In this document: in pieces, positions 9,354 to 18,831 of the stretch | How positions within the stretch are numbered: position 1 is the first letter of the stretch | Layout: the number at the start of each line of letters is the position of its first letter | Assembly: GCA_963727445.1 (NCBI GenBank) | Contig: CAVSGI010000009.1 | Coordinates: 192,001-256,000, forward strand | Length of the DNA: 64,000 nucleotides | Reading direction: 5' to 3' | Origin: an uncultured delta proteobacterium | GTDB taxonomy: Bacteria > Myxococcota_A > Polyangia > Polyangiales > B10-G4 | Translations under genes and position numbers: made by a program | The notes under the pieces: model-generated | What the model was told of the DNA's origin: nothing | The model's database searches: none | What the model saw: the letters and a program-made list of their open reading frames with translations, nothing else

Positions 9354-10352
9354 ATGAAGGCGATGATCGTTCGTGAGGCTGGCAAGCCGTTTCAGTTGGA
9401 GGAGCGCGAGATTCCGGAGGCCGGGCCGGGGCAGGTCCGAATTCGGGTCGAGGCGTGCGGCGTCTGCCACAGCGACGCGTTCGTGAAGTTCGGCGCGATG
9501 GGTACGCTGCCGCGCGTGCCGGGACACGAGGTCGCCGGGGTCGTCGACGCGGTGGGCGAAGGTGTCGAGGGCTTTGCGAAGGGCCAGCGGGTCGGTGTGG
9601 GCTGGCACGGCGGGCACTGCTTCCGTTGCGACGCGTGCCGGCGCGGTGACTTCATCGGCTGCGCGAATGGGAAGATCTGCGGCGTCTCCTACGACGGCGG
9701 CTATCAGGAATACATGGTCGCGCCCTGGGAGGCGCTCGCGCGCATTCCGGATGAGCTCTCCGCCGCCGAGGCGGGGCCGCTCCTCTGCGCCGGGGTCACG
9801 ACCTTCAACTCGATGCGCAACAGCGGCGCTCGCCCGGGGGACACGGTGGCGATCCTGGGCATCGGAGGACTGGGTCACCTGGCGGTGCAATACGCCCGAC
9901 AGATGGGCTTTCGCACCGTGGCGATCTCCCGCGGCGACGACAAGAAGAAGCTCGCCGAGGAGCTCGGCGCGCACGAATTCATCGACGCCAAGGCCACCGA
10001 CGCCGCCGAGGCGCTGAAGGAGCTCGGTGGCGCGGACCTCGTCCTGGCCACGGCACCCAACGCCGAGGCCGTTCAAGGGATGGTCGGTGGGCTCAAGAGC
10101 CGCGGCAAGCTCATGCTTGTCGCCGCCGTCGCGGACCCCATGAAGATCGGCGGGCTGCCCCTGCTCTCCGGCAAGCAGATCCACGGCTGGCCGAGCGGCT
10201 CGTCCATCGACTCGGAGGACACGATGCGCTTCAGCGCCCTGGCCGGGGTGCGGCCGACGACCGAATCCTTCGCGCTCGAGCAGGCGGACGAGGCCTTCGC
10301 CAAGGTGATGGAGAACACGGTGCGCTTTCGCGCCGTGTTGAAGATCGCCTAG
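9354..10352 (+). CDS. zinc-dependent alcohol dehydrogenase
   Basis: GVCHSD, GHEVAG, CFRCDACRRGDFIGC structural Zn site, GIGGLG nucleotide-binding motif; GGGAGG RBS. Confidence 0.95.
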   Translation: MKAMIVREAGKPFQLEEREIPEAGPGQVRIRVEACGVCHSDAFVKFGAMGTLPRVPGHEVAGVVDAVGEGVEGFAKGQRVGVGWHGGHCFRCDACRRGDFIGCANGKICGVSYDGGYQEYMVAPWEALARIPDELSAAEAGPLLCAGVTTFNSMRNSGARPGDTVAILGIGGLGHLAVQYARQMGFRTVAISRGDDKKKLAEELGAHEFIDAKATDAAEALKELGGADLVLATAPNAEAVQGMVGGLKSRGKLMLVAAVADPMKIGGLPLLSGKQIHGWPSGSSIDSEDTMRFSALAGVRPTTESFALEQADEAFAKVMENTVRFRAVLKIA

Positions 10353-10408
10353 CGCTAGAGCAGCCTCCGTTGGGCGGTCCGCGCCCCGTGTCGGTTAGGA
10401 TCGCGCCG

Positions 10409-12676
10409 ATGAAGGAGACGCACCAGACCTTCTGTCGCATCTGCGAGGCGCTTTGCGGTCTCGAGGTCGATGTCGAGGCCGATCGAATCACGGCGGTACG
10501 CCCGGACTCGGCGCACGTGGCGACGCGGGGCTTCGCGTGCGTCAAGGGCCTCAAGCAGCATCGGCTCTACGGCTCACCGGACCGGCTGCTCCATCCGCTG
10601 TGGCGAAAGAACGGCGAACTCGTTCGCGCGCAGTGGGATGAGGTCAACGCAGACATCGGCGACCGACTCCGCTCGTTGATCGACGCCCACGGACCCGATG
10701 CAGTCGGCATGTACGTCGGCACCGCGGCGGGCTTCGGCGTGCTTCATCCCGTCTTCGCACAGGGTTTCATGACGGGCCTCGGCTCGAAGAGCATGTACTC
10801 GTCGGCGACGCAGGACTGCGCCAACAAGTTCGCGGTCGCCCATCACGTCTACGGATTCTGCTTCACGCAACCCTTCCCCGACATCGACCGCACCGAGTGC
10901 TTGATCATCGTCGGCGCGAACCCCGCCATCTCCAAATGGAGCTTCCTTCAGGTCCCGAACCCCATCGGGCGCCTCAAATCCCTCGAGGCACGGGGCGCGA
11001 AGCTCTGGGTCGTCGACCCGCGCCGCACCGAGACGGCGAAGGTCGCCGGTGAGCACGTCTTCATCCGACCGGATACCGATCTCTTCTTTTATCTCGCGTT
11101 CCTGAACGAGCTCATCGCCGTCGGCGGGGTCGACGAGGCGCTGGTCGACGAGCACACCACCGGCTTCGACGAGGTCCGGAAGTTCGCGGAGAGCTGGACG
11201 CCGGAGCGCGGCGCCGAAGTGACCCGCATCCCCGCCGACACGCTGAGGGCGATGGTCCGCAGCTACGCGGAGGCCGACGGTGCCGCGCTCTACAGCTCGA
11301 CCGGCGTCAACATGGGGAGCAACGGCTCCCTCTGCTTCTGGCTCCAGGAGGTGATCAACGTCGTAAGCGGCAACGTGGACCGGCGCGGCGGTACGCTCGT
11401 CGGGCGCGGCGTGATCGACTTCCCGCGCTTCGGGAAGAAGAACGGCGTGCTCACTCGACCGGACCGTTCGCGCATCGGCGGGTTCGCCTCGGTGAACGAC
11501 GGCTTCCCGGGCGGCACCCTCGCCGACGAGATCCTCACCGAGGGCCCGGGTCAGATCCGCGCGCTCTTCGTGACCGGCGGAAACCCGCTGCTCACCATGC
11601 CGAACTCCGCGCGCCTCGCGCGCGCCCTCGAGTCCCTCGAGCTTCTCGTCGTCCTCGACATCCTCCCGACCGAGACCGCGACGATCGCGACGCACGTGCT
11701 GCCCTGCACGGCGCCTCTCGAGAGGCCGGACCTCCCCTTCGTCTTCCCGTTGATGCTCGGGATGCAGGCGCGCCCGTACCTCCAAGCGACGCGCCGGGTG
11801 GTCAAGCCCTTCGGCGCCCAGCGCGACGAAGCGACGATCTACCTCGATCTCGCCCGCGCCGCCGGGGCGCCGCTCTTCGGCAGCTGGGCCTTTCAATGGG
11901 CGATGGAGGCTGCGCGCGCGCTCCACTCGTCGAAGCTCTCGGACGAGCAGCCCTCGATCCCGCAGGAGGCGCTCCTGTCGCTTCTCCTGCGACTCACTCG
12001 CCAGGGTAGCTTCGAGGCGCTACTCGAGAGCGCGCACGGTCGCCTCCGGGAAGACCACGCGGGCGGTGACTTCCTCGGGGAGCGCGTGACCACCGACGAC
12101 GGCCGGATCCACCTCGCACCCCCGGTTCTCGTCGCACAAGCGAAGGCGCGCATCGAGCCCACCTACGCGCGCGAGCTCCAGTGCGGTGATGGTCTCAAGC
12201 TGATCACACGCCGACAGGTCACCACCCACAACAGCTGGACTCACAATCTCGACGGTTTCGTCGGTGGCGAGCGCGCCACCAACTATCTCTACGCGCACCC
12301 GGACGACCTCGGCCGGCTCGGTCTGACGGACGGTGCGATTGTCGACGTCGAGAGCGCGACCGCGACGGTGCGGCTGCCCGTGCGCGCGCTCGCGGACTTG
12401 ATGCCCGGCACGGTGGCCCTTCCGCACGGTTGGGGACACCAACACGCAAAAGGGCTGAGTATCGCCAGCAAGACGCGCGGCGTGAACGTGAACCTACTCG
12501 CGGCCGACGGCCCCGACTCCCTCGAGCGCGTGAGCGGGATGGCGCACCTGACCGGGATTCCGGTACAGGTGCGCCTCGCGCGCGGGCCCCACGATCCGGC
12601 GCACTGGTCTGGGCTGCCCGAGAGCGAGCGGCCCCCAGCTCAGGGCGCGTCCTGGATGCGGTGGAGCAGGCGGTAG
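10409..12676 (+). CDS. molybdopterin-dependent oxidoreductase (DMSO reductase superfamily)
   Basis: N-terminal CRICEALC...CVKG 4Fe-4S motif, GANP, VDPRRTETA, IRPDTD, C-terminal HNSW...PGTVALPHGWG dinucleotide-binding domain. Confidence 0.92.
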   Translation: MKETHQTFCRICEALCGLEVDVEADRITAVRPDSAHVATRGFACVKGLKQHRLYGSPDRLLHPLWRKNGELVRAQWDEVNADIGDRLRSLIDAHGPDAVGMYVGTAAGFGVLHPVFAQGFMTGLGSKSMYSSATQDCANKFAVAHHVYGFCFTQPFPDIDRTECLIIVGANPAISKWSFLQVPNPIGRLKSLEARGAKLWVVDPRRTETAKVAGEHVFIRPDTDLFFYLAFLNELIAVGGVDEALVDEHTTGFDEVRKFAESWTPERGAEVTRIPADTLRAMVRSYAEADGAALYSSTGVNMGSNGSLCFWLQEVINVVSGNVDRRGGTLVGRGVIDFPRFGKKNGVLTRPDRSRIGGFASVNDGFPGGTLADEILTEGPGQIRALFVTGGNPLLTMPNSARLARALESLELLVVLDILPTETATIATHVLPCTAPLERPDLPFVFPLMLGMQARPYLQATRRVVKPFGAQRDEATIYLDLARAAGAPLFGSWAFQWAMEAARALHSSKLSDEQPSIPQEALLSLLLRLTRQGSFEALLESAHGRLREDHAGGDFLGERVTTDDGRIHLAPPVLVAQAKARIEPTYARELQCGDGLKLITRRQVTTHNSWTHNLDGFVGGERATNYLYAHPDDLGRLGLTDGAIVDVESATATVRLPVRALADLMPGTVALPHGWGHQHAKGLSIASKTRGVNVNLLAADGPDSLERVSGMAHLTGIPVQVRLARGPHDPAHWSGLPESERPPAQGASWMRWSRR

Positions 12677-14613
12677 TCCATGCCGCTGCCGCCGCTCGAG
12701 GAGTCGACGAAGACCGCTCCGATACCGCGGGGGATCACGATGCTGTTGATGCGCGAGCCGTACTCGTACCCGTCCACGTAGGACGACGTGCCCATGGTCG
12801 AGTCGTAGCCGCGGCAGTCGGTGGCTCCCATCGAGGCGCCGTCGTCGTTGCAGGTGACCTGCATGCCGGTCTGTGCGCTGCGCGTGTACATTCGCGGGTC
12901 GTAGTTGACCATCCCGTCGGTCCGTTCGTACTCGGGGCGGGTGCGGAAGAAGAACCCGATGTAGTCGCTGCGGCAGAGGCTGAAGGTCTGGGGCTGGCCG
13001 CCGCAGGTGACGAACCAGCGCGCGTCCTCGCCCGAGGAGGCGCCGCCACAGGACCCCGCGGTCACGCTGCTTCCGACGAGCTGCGTGGAATCTGTCACGT
13101 CGTCGCCTTGCAGGGGCGCGTCGTAGAAGAACGACGCGACGTCCTCGGCCATGTACTGGACGTGCAGCGTGAAGTCGCCGGTGGTGCAGCCGCCGACGGA
13201 GATCGAGTAGGTCCCGGCGGTGAGCCACCCGTAGAGGCGCGCGTCGCGCGTTCCCCAGCCGGCCGCCGAGCCGCAGGAGTGATCGTCCTGGCACCACACC
13301 TCGCCGTCTCCTGCCGTGACGACGGCGCCGGCCGAGTCCGTCAGGAAGAGCTTGGTGTCGAAGGAAGAGCCCTGGGTGTCGACGTAAAGGACGCCGTCCT
13401 GAGGCAGGGTGACGCTGTACCAGACGTTGCCGCCGCCGGTGCAGCCGCGGCACTCGGTGCCGCTGGTCGGGCCGTCCTTGGTGGCGTCGGTGGTGGTGCC
13501 CATGACGGTGACCTCGGCCGCGTCGAGGGGCACGTCGATCGCGCCGGAGCGCGGGTCGTTCATCGGGCGGCAGCGGCCGGTGGAGCACATCGTCGTCGAA
13601 GAACAGGCCATGCCGCAGCCGCCGCAGTTCATGTCGTCGCTCTGCGGGTCGACACAGGAGCCGCCACACGGGATCTCACCCATCGCGCAGGTGGACGCCA
13701 TGCAGGAGCCGGAGACGCAGGTGGGCATGCCGCCGGAGCAGATGTTGCCGCAGGACCCGCAGTTGGCCGAGTCGATGTCGGTGAGCGTGCAGGAGCCGCT
13801 GCAGAGCGTGGTGGGGGAGGGGCAGGTGCACGTGCCGCCGACGCAGGTCTGGCCCGCGTCGCAGGTCGTCCCGCAGGAGCCGCAGTTCGCGACGTCCGTG
13901 TCGGTATCGGTGCACGCGCCGCCACAGATCTCGGTGCTCCCGCCACAGCCACACGCGCCGCCGGTGCAGACCTGGCCGCTCGGGCAGGGCATGTCACATC
14001 CGCCGCAGTGCGCAGCGTTGGTGTCGGTGTCGACGCAGACCTCGTCGGCGCCCGTGCCGCAGAGCATGCGTGGCGAAACGCAGGCGTCGGTGCAGGAGCC
14101 GCCCGCGCAGGACTGACCCATCGGGCATTCCATGCCGCATGCGCCGCAGTTGGCGCTGTCGGTCATGGTGTCGACGCACGCCGCGCCGCAGCGCATCTCG
14201 CCGCCCATGCAGCTGGCGGCGGTGCAGGTGCCGTCGATGCACGACTCGTCAGGACCGCAAGCCCGGCCGCAGGTGCCGCAGTTCGTGTTGTCGCTCTGGA
14301 CGTCGATGCAGCCGCTGCCGCAATCCGCCATCCCGGCGCCGCACATCATCATCGCCTGACACGAACCCGACGAGCAGCTCTCGTCGAGCGCGCAGAGATT
14401 GCCGCAGCTGCCGCAGTTGTTGATGTCGGTGTCGGTGTTCACGCAGCCGCCGCCGCAGGAAGTGAGGCCGCCGGTGCACGTGGTTCCGGTGTCGGTTCGT
14501 CCGGTGTCGGTGCTGCCGTCGATGGGCAGTACGCCGCCGTCGTCGCCGCAACCAGCGAGCGCGAGGAGCGTGACGAGGGAGAAGGAGAGGGTGAGCGAGC
14601 TCTTGCGGGTCAT
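12640..14613 (-). CDS. Cys-rich repeat lipoprotein (MXAN_6577-like repeats) with a C-terminal pre-peptidase-C-like beta domain
   Basis: Lipobox LALAGC; seven CxxxxxDxxNCGxCGxxC-type repeats; VWYSVT...VDTQGSSFDTKLFL...LTAGTYSISVGG segment. Confidence 0.85.
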   Translation of the reverse strand: MTRKSSLTLSFSLVTLLALAGCGDDGGVLPIDGSTDTGRTDTGTTCTGGLTSCGGGCVNTDTDINNCGSCGNLCALDESCSSGSCQAMMMCGAGMADCGSGCIDVQSDNTNCGTCGRACGPDESCIDGTCTAASCMGGEMRCGAACVDTMTDSANCGACGMECPMGQSCAGGSCTDACVSPRMLCGTGADEVCVDTDTNAAHCGGCDMPCPSGQVCTGGACGCGGSTEICGGACTDTDTDVANCGSCGTTCDAGQTCVGGTCTCPSPTTLCSGSCTLTDIDSANCGSCGNICSGGMPTCVSGSCMASTCAMGEIPCGGSCVDPQSDDMNCGGCGMACSSTTMCSTGRCRPMNDPRSGAIDVPLDAAEVTVMGTTTDATKDGPTSGTECRGCTGGGNVWYSVTLPQDGVLYVDTQGSSFDTKLFLTDSAGAVVTAGDGEVWCQDDHSCGSAAGWGTRDARLYGWLTAGTYSISVGGCTTGDFTLHVQYMAEDVASFFYDAPLQGDDVTDSTQLVGSSVTAGSCGGASSGEDARWFVTCGGQPQTFSLCRSDYIGFFFRTRPEYERTDGMVNYDPRMYTRSAQTGMQVTCNDDGASMGATDCRGYDSTMGTSSYVDGYEYGSRINSIVIPRGIGAVFVDSSSGGSGMDYRLLHRIQDAP

Positions 14614-14689
14614 GGGGCCTCGAGGGTGGAGGCCACTGGATATCTGGTTGCTGGCGACTCGGTCAAGATCGCCAGGTGGGGAGCAGGCA

Positions 14690-16057
14690 CTAGGACGCGA
14701 CGGCGCCACCATTTCTCAGGCTGGGAACGCGCACGACGAACTCGCTCCCCTCGCCGGGCTGACTGGACACGGTGATGGTCCCACCGAGGAGCTCCACGAA
14801 GTGCTTCGTGATGGTGAGGCCGAGGCCGGTGCCTCCGTATTCCCGCGTCGTGGTGGCGTCGGCCTGCCGGAAGGACTCGAACACGTGCTCCTGCTGCTCG
14901 GCCGTCATCCCGATGCCATCGTCGGATACGACGAACTCGACCCCGTCCCGGCCATCGAGGCTCACCTTCTTCGCCACCAGGCTGACGCGGCCATCCTTGG
15001 TGAACTTGGCCGCGTTGCTGAGCAGGTTGAAGAGGATTTGTCGCAGACGCGTGCTGTCGGAGACGACCGTGGCGACGTCGTCGGGGGTGTGATGCTCGAA
15101 GACGTTCCCGTTGCGCTTCACCAGAGGCTCGACGGCGGCCGCGACGGACCGCGTCAGTTCGCCGACGTCCAGCTCCTCCAACAACAGCTCGACCTTGCCC
15201 GCCTCGATCTTGGCGACGTCGAGGACGTCGTTGATGAGCCCGAGGAGGTGCTTGCTCGACGCCATGATCTTGCCGAGGTCGTCGACGCATTGGTCGAGCC
15301 CGGCCTCCTCCACCTCCTCCTGGACGAGCTCGGCGTATCCGATGACCGCGTTCAGAGGAGTGCGAAGCTCGTGGCTCATGTTGGCGAGGAAAGTGCTCTT
15401 GGCGCGGCTGGCAGCCAGCGCTCTATCGCGCGCTTCCACCGCCTCCTCTCGCTGCCTCTCCGTATCCTCGTTGGCGGTCTCGAGCTTTCGAGTGAGCTCG
15501 ATCCGTTCGACCGCCGAAGCGTGCAGGGTGAGGCTCGTGCTCGACATCGCGATGATGAACACCGTCAACAGGAACGCGATGCCCGCGCCCCCGCCCTCCG
15601 GAAAGAACGCGTGATAGACGACCTGAGGGACCATCGCGAAGACGATGAAGACGATCGCTGGTCCCCGGACCGGAGCGTAGGTCGCGACCCCGCCCGCGCT
15701 GTAAAGCGCCACGGTGACGAGCAGGTATTCGGTCGCGTGCGGCACCCCGTGCATCTTCAGGTTCAAGAAGATCGCGTTGTAGAGGATGCCGAGGCCCGCC
15801 AGCTGAACGGATAGCCCGAGCCCCCAACGCCTGGCGGTCTCCTCCGAACGCGTTTCGCGGTTGTACCAACGCGTCGCTGCGATCGTGAGGATCGTGTATC
15901 CGAGCAGAGCGGCGACGAAAGCGAGATTCGACGGGTTCGCGCGCTCCCAGCCGATCACGAGGACGAAGATCGCGATCAAGGCATGGGAGGAGACGCCCCG
16001 TATGCGCTGGCGTTGCGCGGCGTCGACGCCCTCCGCAAAGACCGATCTCGCCTCCAT
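14690..16057 (-). CDS. membrane sensor histidine kinase (HisKA + HATPase), no receiver domain
   Basis: About 6 N-terminal TM segments; FLANMSHELRTPLN, NLLSNAAKFT, DDGIGM, GGTGLGL. Confidence 0.95.
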   Translation of the reverse strand: MEARSVFAEGVDAAQRQRIRGVSSHALIAIFVLVIGWERANPSNLAFVAALLGYTILTIAATRWYNRETRSEETARRWGLGLSVQLAGLGILYNAIFLNLKMHGVPHATEYLLVTVALYSAGGVATYAPVRGPAIVFIVFAMVPQVVYHAFFPEGGGAGIAFLLTVFIIAMSSTSLTLHASAVERIELTRKLETANEDTERQREEAVEARDRALAASRAKSTFLANMSHELRTPLNAVIGYAELVQEEVEEAGLDQCVDDLGKIMASSKHLLGLINDVLDVAKIEAGKVELLLEELDVGELTRSVAAAVEPLVKRNGNVFEHHTPDDVATVVSDSTRLRQILFNLLSNAAKFTKDGRVSLVAKKVSLDGRDGVEFVVSDDGIGMTAEQQEHVFESFRQADATTTREYGGTGLGLTITKHFVELLGGTITVSSQPGEGSEFVVRVPSLRNGGAVAS

Positions 16058-16082
16058 GGTTTCCCGCCGCCGCGATCTCAGC

Positions 16083-16307
16083 TCAGCGCGCGCCCCACCA
16101 CCCGACGAACTCCTCCCAGTCGATCACGTCGTTCTCGTTTGCGTCGAGGATCTTCATGCCGGTCTCCACGTCGGCCTCCGAGAACTTCGGGTCGAGCGTC
16201 CGCAGGAGAGACCTGAACTCGTGCCGATCGATCACACCGTTCTTGTCTGCGTCGAAGTGATCGAAGGTTTCCTTGAGCTCCGTGAGCTCCTCGTCGCTGA
16301 GTGACAT
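16083..16307 (-). CDS. calmodulin-like two-EF-hand Ca2+-binding protein
   Basis: EF loops DADKNGVIDRHE and DANENDVIDWEE, preceded by the calmodulin-like LSDEELTELKETF. Confidence 0.9.
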   Translation of the reverse strand: MSLSDEELTELKETFDHFDADKNGVIDRHEFRSLLRTLDPKFSEADVETGMKILDANENDVIDWEEFVGWWGAR

Positions 16308-16344
16308 GGTTCGCTTTCTATCACCAAATCGGTGGAATCACCGC

Positions 16345-18747
16345 TCAGTCGACGGTGATGCTCTTGGAGACGTTTTTCGGTGCGTCGGGATGGACCCCGT
16401 GGTCCCGGATGCCGAGAGACTCGAGGTGAGCGAGCTTCTTTTCGCTCATGCGGAGCGCGAGGAGCTGGAGGGCGACCGAGGCGCTGAAGGTGCTCATCAA
16501 GGTGTCGCCGGTCTGGGGGAGTGTGACGTAGACGGCGCGGTAGTCGTCCCGGCCGGCGGGGGGGCGTTCCGCGGTCGCGCGGAGCCGAGAGTCCTCCTCG
16601 GCGATGACGATGGTGCTCGCGCCCCGGATCTTGTGCGTGTTGATCTGCGAAATTGTCAGATCGATGTCACGGGCGTCCGGTCCGGTGATGAAGACGAGCG
16701 GATAGTCCGCGTAGAGAGCGTCGACCGTGGTCTCTAGACCGCGGCGAACGAGCTCCGCCGCGCGCGCTCGGTCGTCGCCACCTTCTTCGATGTCCTTCGC
16801 GAGCGCGTCGAGCAGCGCCTGGACCTGGGCCACCCCGAACACCGTGTTGAACCCGAGGATGGTGTTCGGGCCATGCTTGAACTCGCTCGCCTCGAAGCCC
16901 TCGGTGTGGTTGAGGACGACCTCGCGAACCTTGAGCGCGCCTTCTTTCGCGACCGCGAGGAGGCGGGTGGCGAGCAGATGCATCGACGGAGCCAGATAAG
17001 CGAGCTCCGCGGCGCGGGCGATGCTCGGCGCGGTCTCCTCGAGCGTCCGGCGGACGAGCGCTGGCAGGTCCGGCAGGGGCCGCTCCGGAAGACCTCGCGC
17101 CTCCCCGAGCCGGCGCGCGAGGCCGTAGAAGACGGTGAGCTGGTTCAGGAAGCTCTTGGTCGCGGGGACGGCGATCTCCGGGCCGCAGTGCAGAGGGACG
17201 ACGACGTCGCTCTTCTCCTGCGCGAGGGTCGAGTTGAGGTTGTTCACGACGCCCACGATGCTGACGTCCTTTTCGCTCCGTCGGACGAGATCGACGATGT
17301 CGAGGAGGTCCTTGGTCTCGCCGGACTGGCTCACGCCCACCAGGATGTCCCCGTCGGTGAACGTGCGGGCGTACTGAGCGCGAAACTCGCCCGGCAAGAG
17401 CGGGATGACTTCGGCGTGCGCGAGCTCTCCGAAGAACGTGCTCGCCGCCTTCGCTGCGTGATAGCTGGTGCCGCAACAGACGAGGTAGATCCTGTTGCCG
17501 GCGTCGAGGGCTCGCTGCATGCGAGCGGTCGTCTCTTCCACGCCGCCGACGAGCTCGTTCACCTCACTCGCCTCGATGTACGCGTCGACGCCGCGCAGGA
17601 GCGCCTCGTGCTCGGGGACGAGCTGGATCAAATCCGACAGGACGGCGCGCTCCTCGGAAGAGAGCGGCGTCGTCTGGTCGAGCGAGCCGATGCGGGTGAG
17701 GTCGGGCGCGGTCGCGGTCGCGGCGAGCGCACGCACCGAGCGCACGAGGTCGTCGTCGGCGTACTCACCGCGAAGCTCGGCGAGCACGCGGTCGAGCTCG
17801 GCGACTTCCGACGCTGGCCAGCCCGTTTCGGCTTCGGCCATTGCTCGCGCTCGGGTCGAGCCGCCTTGGAACATGCGGAGGGCATCGCGAACCGTCTCCG
17901 GCTGTGCGTGGATCTCCTGTTCCATGAACGTGCGGAAGGAAGGCTGGAGAACTGCATCCTCGACGCGGAGGCGAGAGCGGAGCGGCTCGCGCGCGAGCAC
18001 CGTGCCCTCGTCACCATCGAGGCGCACGACCTCGTAATCCGTCGCCGTGTAGAAGATCGCCTCGCCTTCGGCGAGCGGCACGAGGACCTTGGTCTGCTTG
18101 AGCACGCTCGAGAGGTCGGAGCTCGCGATGGCGAACGGGCCGTGCTCGCCGTCGCCGATCCCGAAGTAGAGGCTCGATCCGCGCTTGATGGCGACGAGCG
18201 CTCGCGTGACGGGGTCGACGACGACCGCGGCGAAGCTGCCCTCGAGCTCGTGTGACGCAGCGACGGTGGCGCGCCGCAGTGCGGTCGATCGCGCGAGCCC
18301 CCTCTCGAGCTGCTCGGCGAAGTGGTGCTCGACCAGGTGGACGACCATCTCGCCATCGTTGTCGCTCTTGACGTCGTGGCCACGCTCGGTGAGCCACACC
18401 TTGAGCGCGTCGCAGTTCGTGACGTTGCCGTTGTGTGCACCGTAGAGGTGTGTCTTGCAGCGCACGACGTGTGGCTGAGCGTTCACCTCGTCGACGACCC
18501 CGAAGGTCGCCCACCGCACCTGCCCGCAGAACACGCGACCGCCGAGCTCGACGATGCCGAGCGAGTGGATCAGCGTCGAAGGCGCGCCGACGCCCTTCCG
18601 GAGCGTGACGCTCTCCTCCGAATCGCCCTGAATCACGGCGCCCGTCGAGTCGTATCCCCGATACTGAAGCGTCTCGAGGAGCTCACCCGCGACGACGCCG
18701 AGATCGTCCCGCGGGTGCGCGACCACCAAGCCGATGACTCCACACAT
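16345..18747 (-). CDS. glmS: glutamine--fructose-6-phosphate transaminase, elongated 800-aa variant
   Basis: N-terminal MCGVIG (Ntn Cys), YRGYDS, RWAT, HNG, CGTSYHA, SQSGET, PEIAVPATKSF, EGALK, EFKHGP, C-terminal PKNVSKSITVD. Confidence 0.9.
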   Translation of the reverse strand: MCGVIGLVVAHPRDDLGVVAGELLETLQYRGYDSTGAVIQGDSEESVTLRKGVGAPSTLIHSLGIVELGGRVFCGQVRWATFGVVDEVNAQPHVVRCKTHLYGAHNGNVTNCDALKVWLTERGHDVKSDNDGEMVVHLVEHHFAEQLERGLARSTALRRATVAASHELEGSFAAVVVDPVTRALVAIKRGSSLYFGIGDGEHGPFAIASSDLSSVLKQTKVLVPLAEGEAIFYTATDYEVVRLDGDEGTVLAREPLRSRLRVEDAVLQPSFRTFMEQEIHAQPETVRDALRMFQGGSTRARAMAEAETGWPASEVAELDRVLAELRGEYADDDLVRSVRALAATATAPDLTRIGSLDQTTPLSSEERAVLSDLIQLVPEHEALLRGVDAYIEASEVNELVGGVEETTARMQRALDAGNRIYLVCCGTSYHAAKAASTFFGELAHAEVIPLLPGEFRAQYARTFTDGDILVGVSQSGETKDLLDIVDLVRRSEKDVSIVGVVNNLNSTLAQEKSDVVVPLHCGPEIAVPATKSFLNQLTVFYGLARRLGEARGLPERPLPDLPALVRRTLEETAPSIARAAELAYLAPSMHLLATRLLAVAKEGALKVREVVLNHTEGFEASEFKHGPNTILGFNTVFGVAQVQALLDALAKDIEEGGDDRARAAELVRRGLETTVDALYADYPLVFITGPDARDIDLTISQINTHKIRGASTIVIAEEDSRLRATAERPPAGRDDYRAVYVTLPQTGDTLMSTFSASVALQLLALRMSEKKLAHLESLGIRDHGVHPDAPKNVSKSITVD

Positions 18748-18831
18748 CCGCGATGCGTACCACGGACCGGCCCGTCGTTCACCCCCATCCAGCCTCGCGA
18801 CAGAGCGCGTTCGAGTACACTCCCCCACTGC

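Noticed and set aside
12430..14775. Long antisense ORFs (12430..14775+, 26502..29045-, 37211..39814+, 60027..62234+ and many others)
   Set aside because: They are Arg/Ala/Gly-rich shadows of real opposite-strand genes, expected in high-GC DNA, and carry no family motifs.
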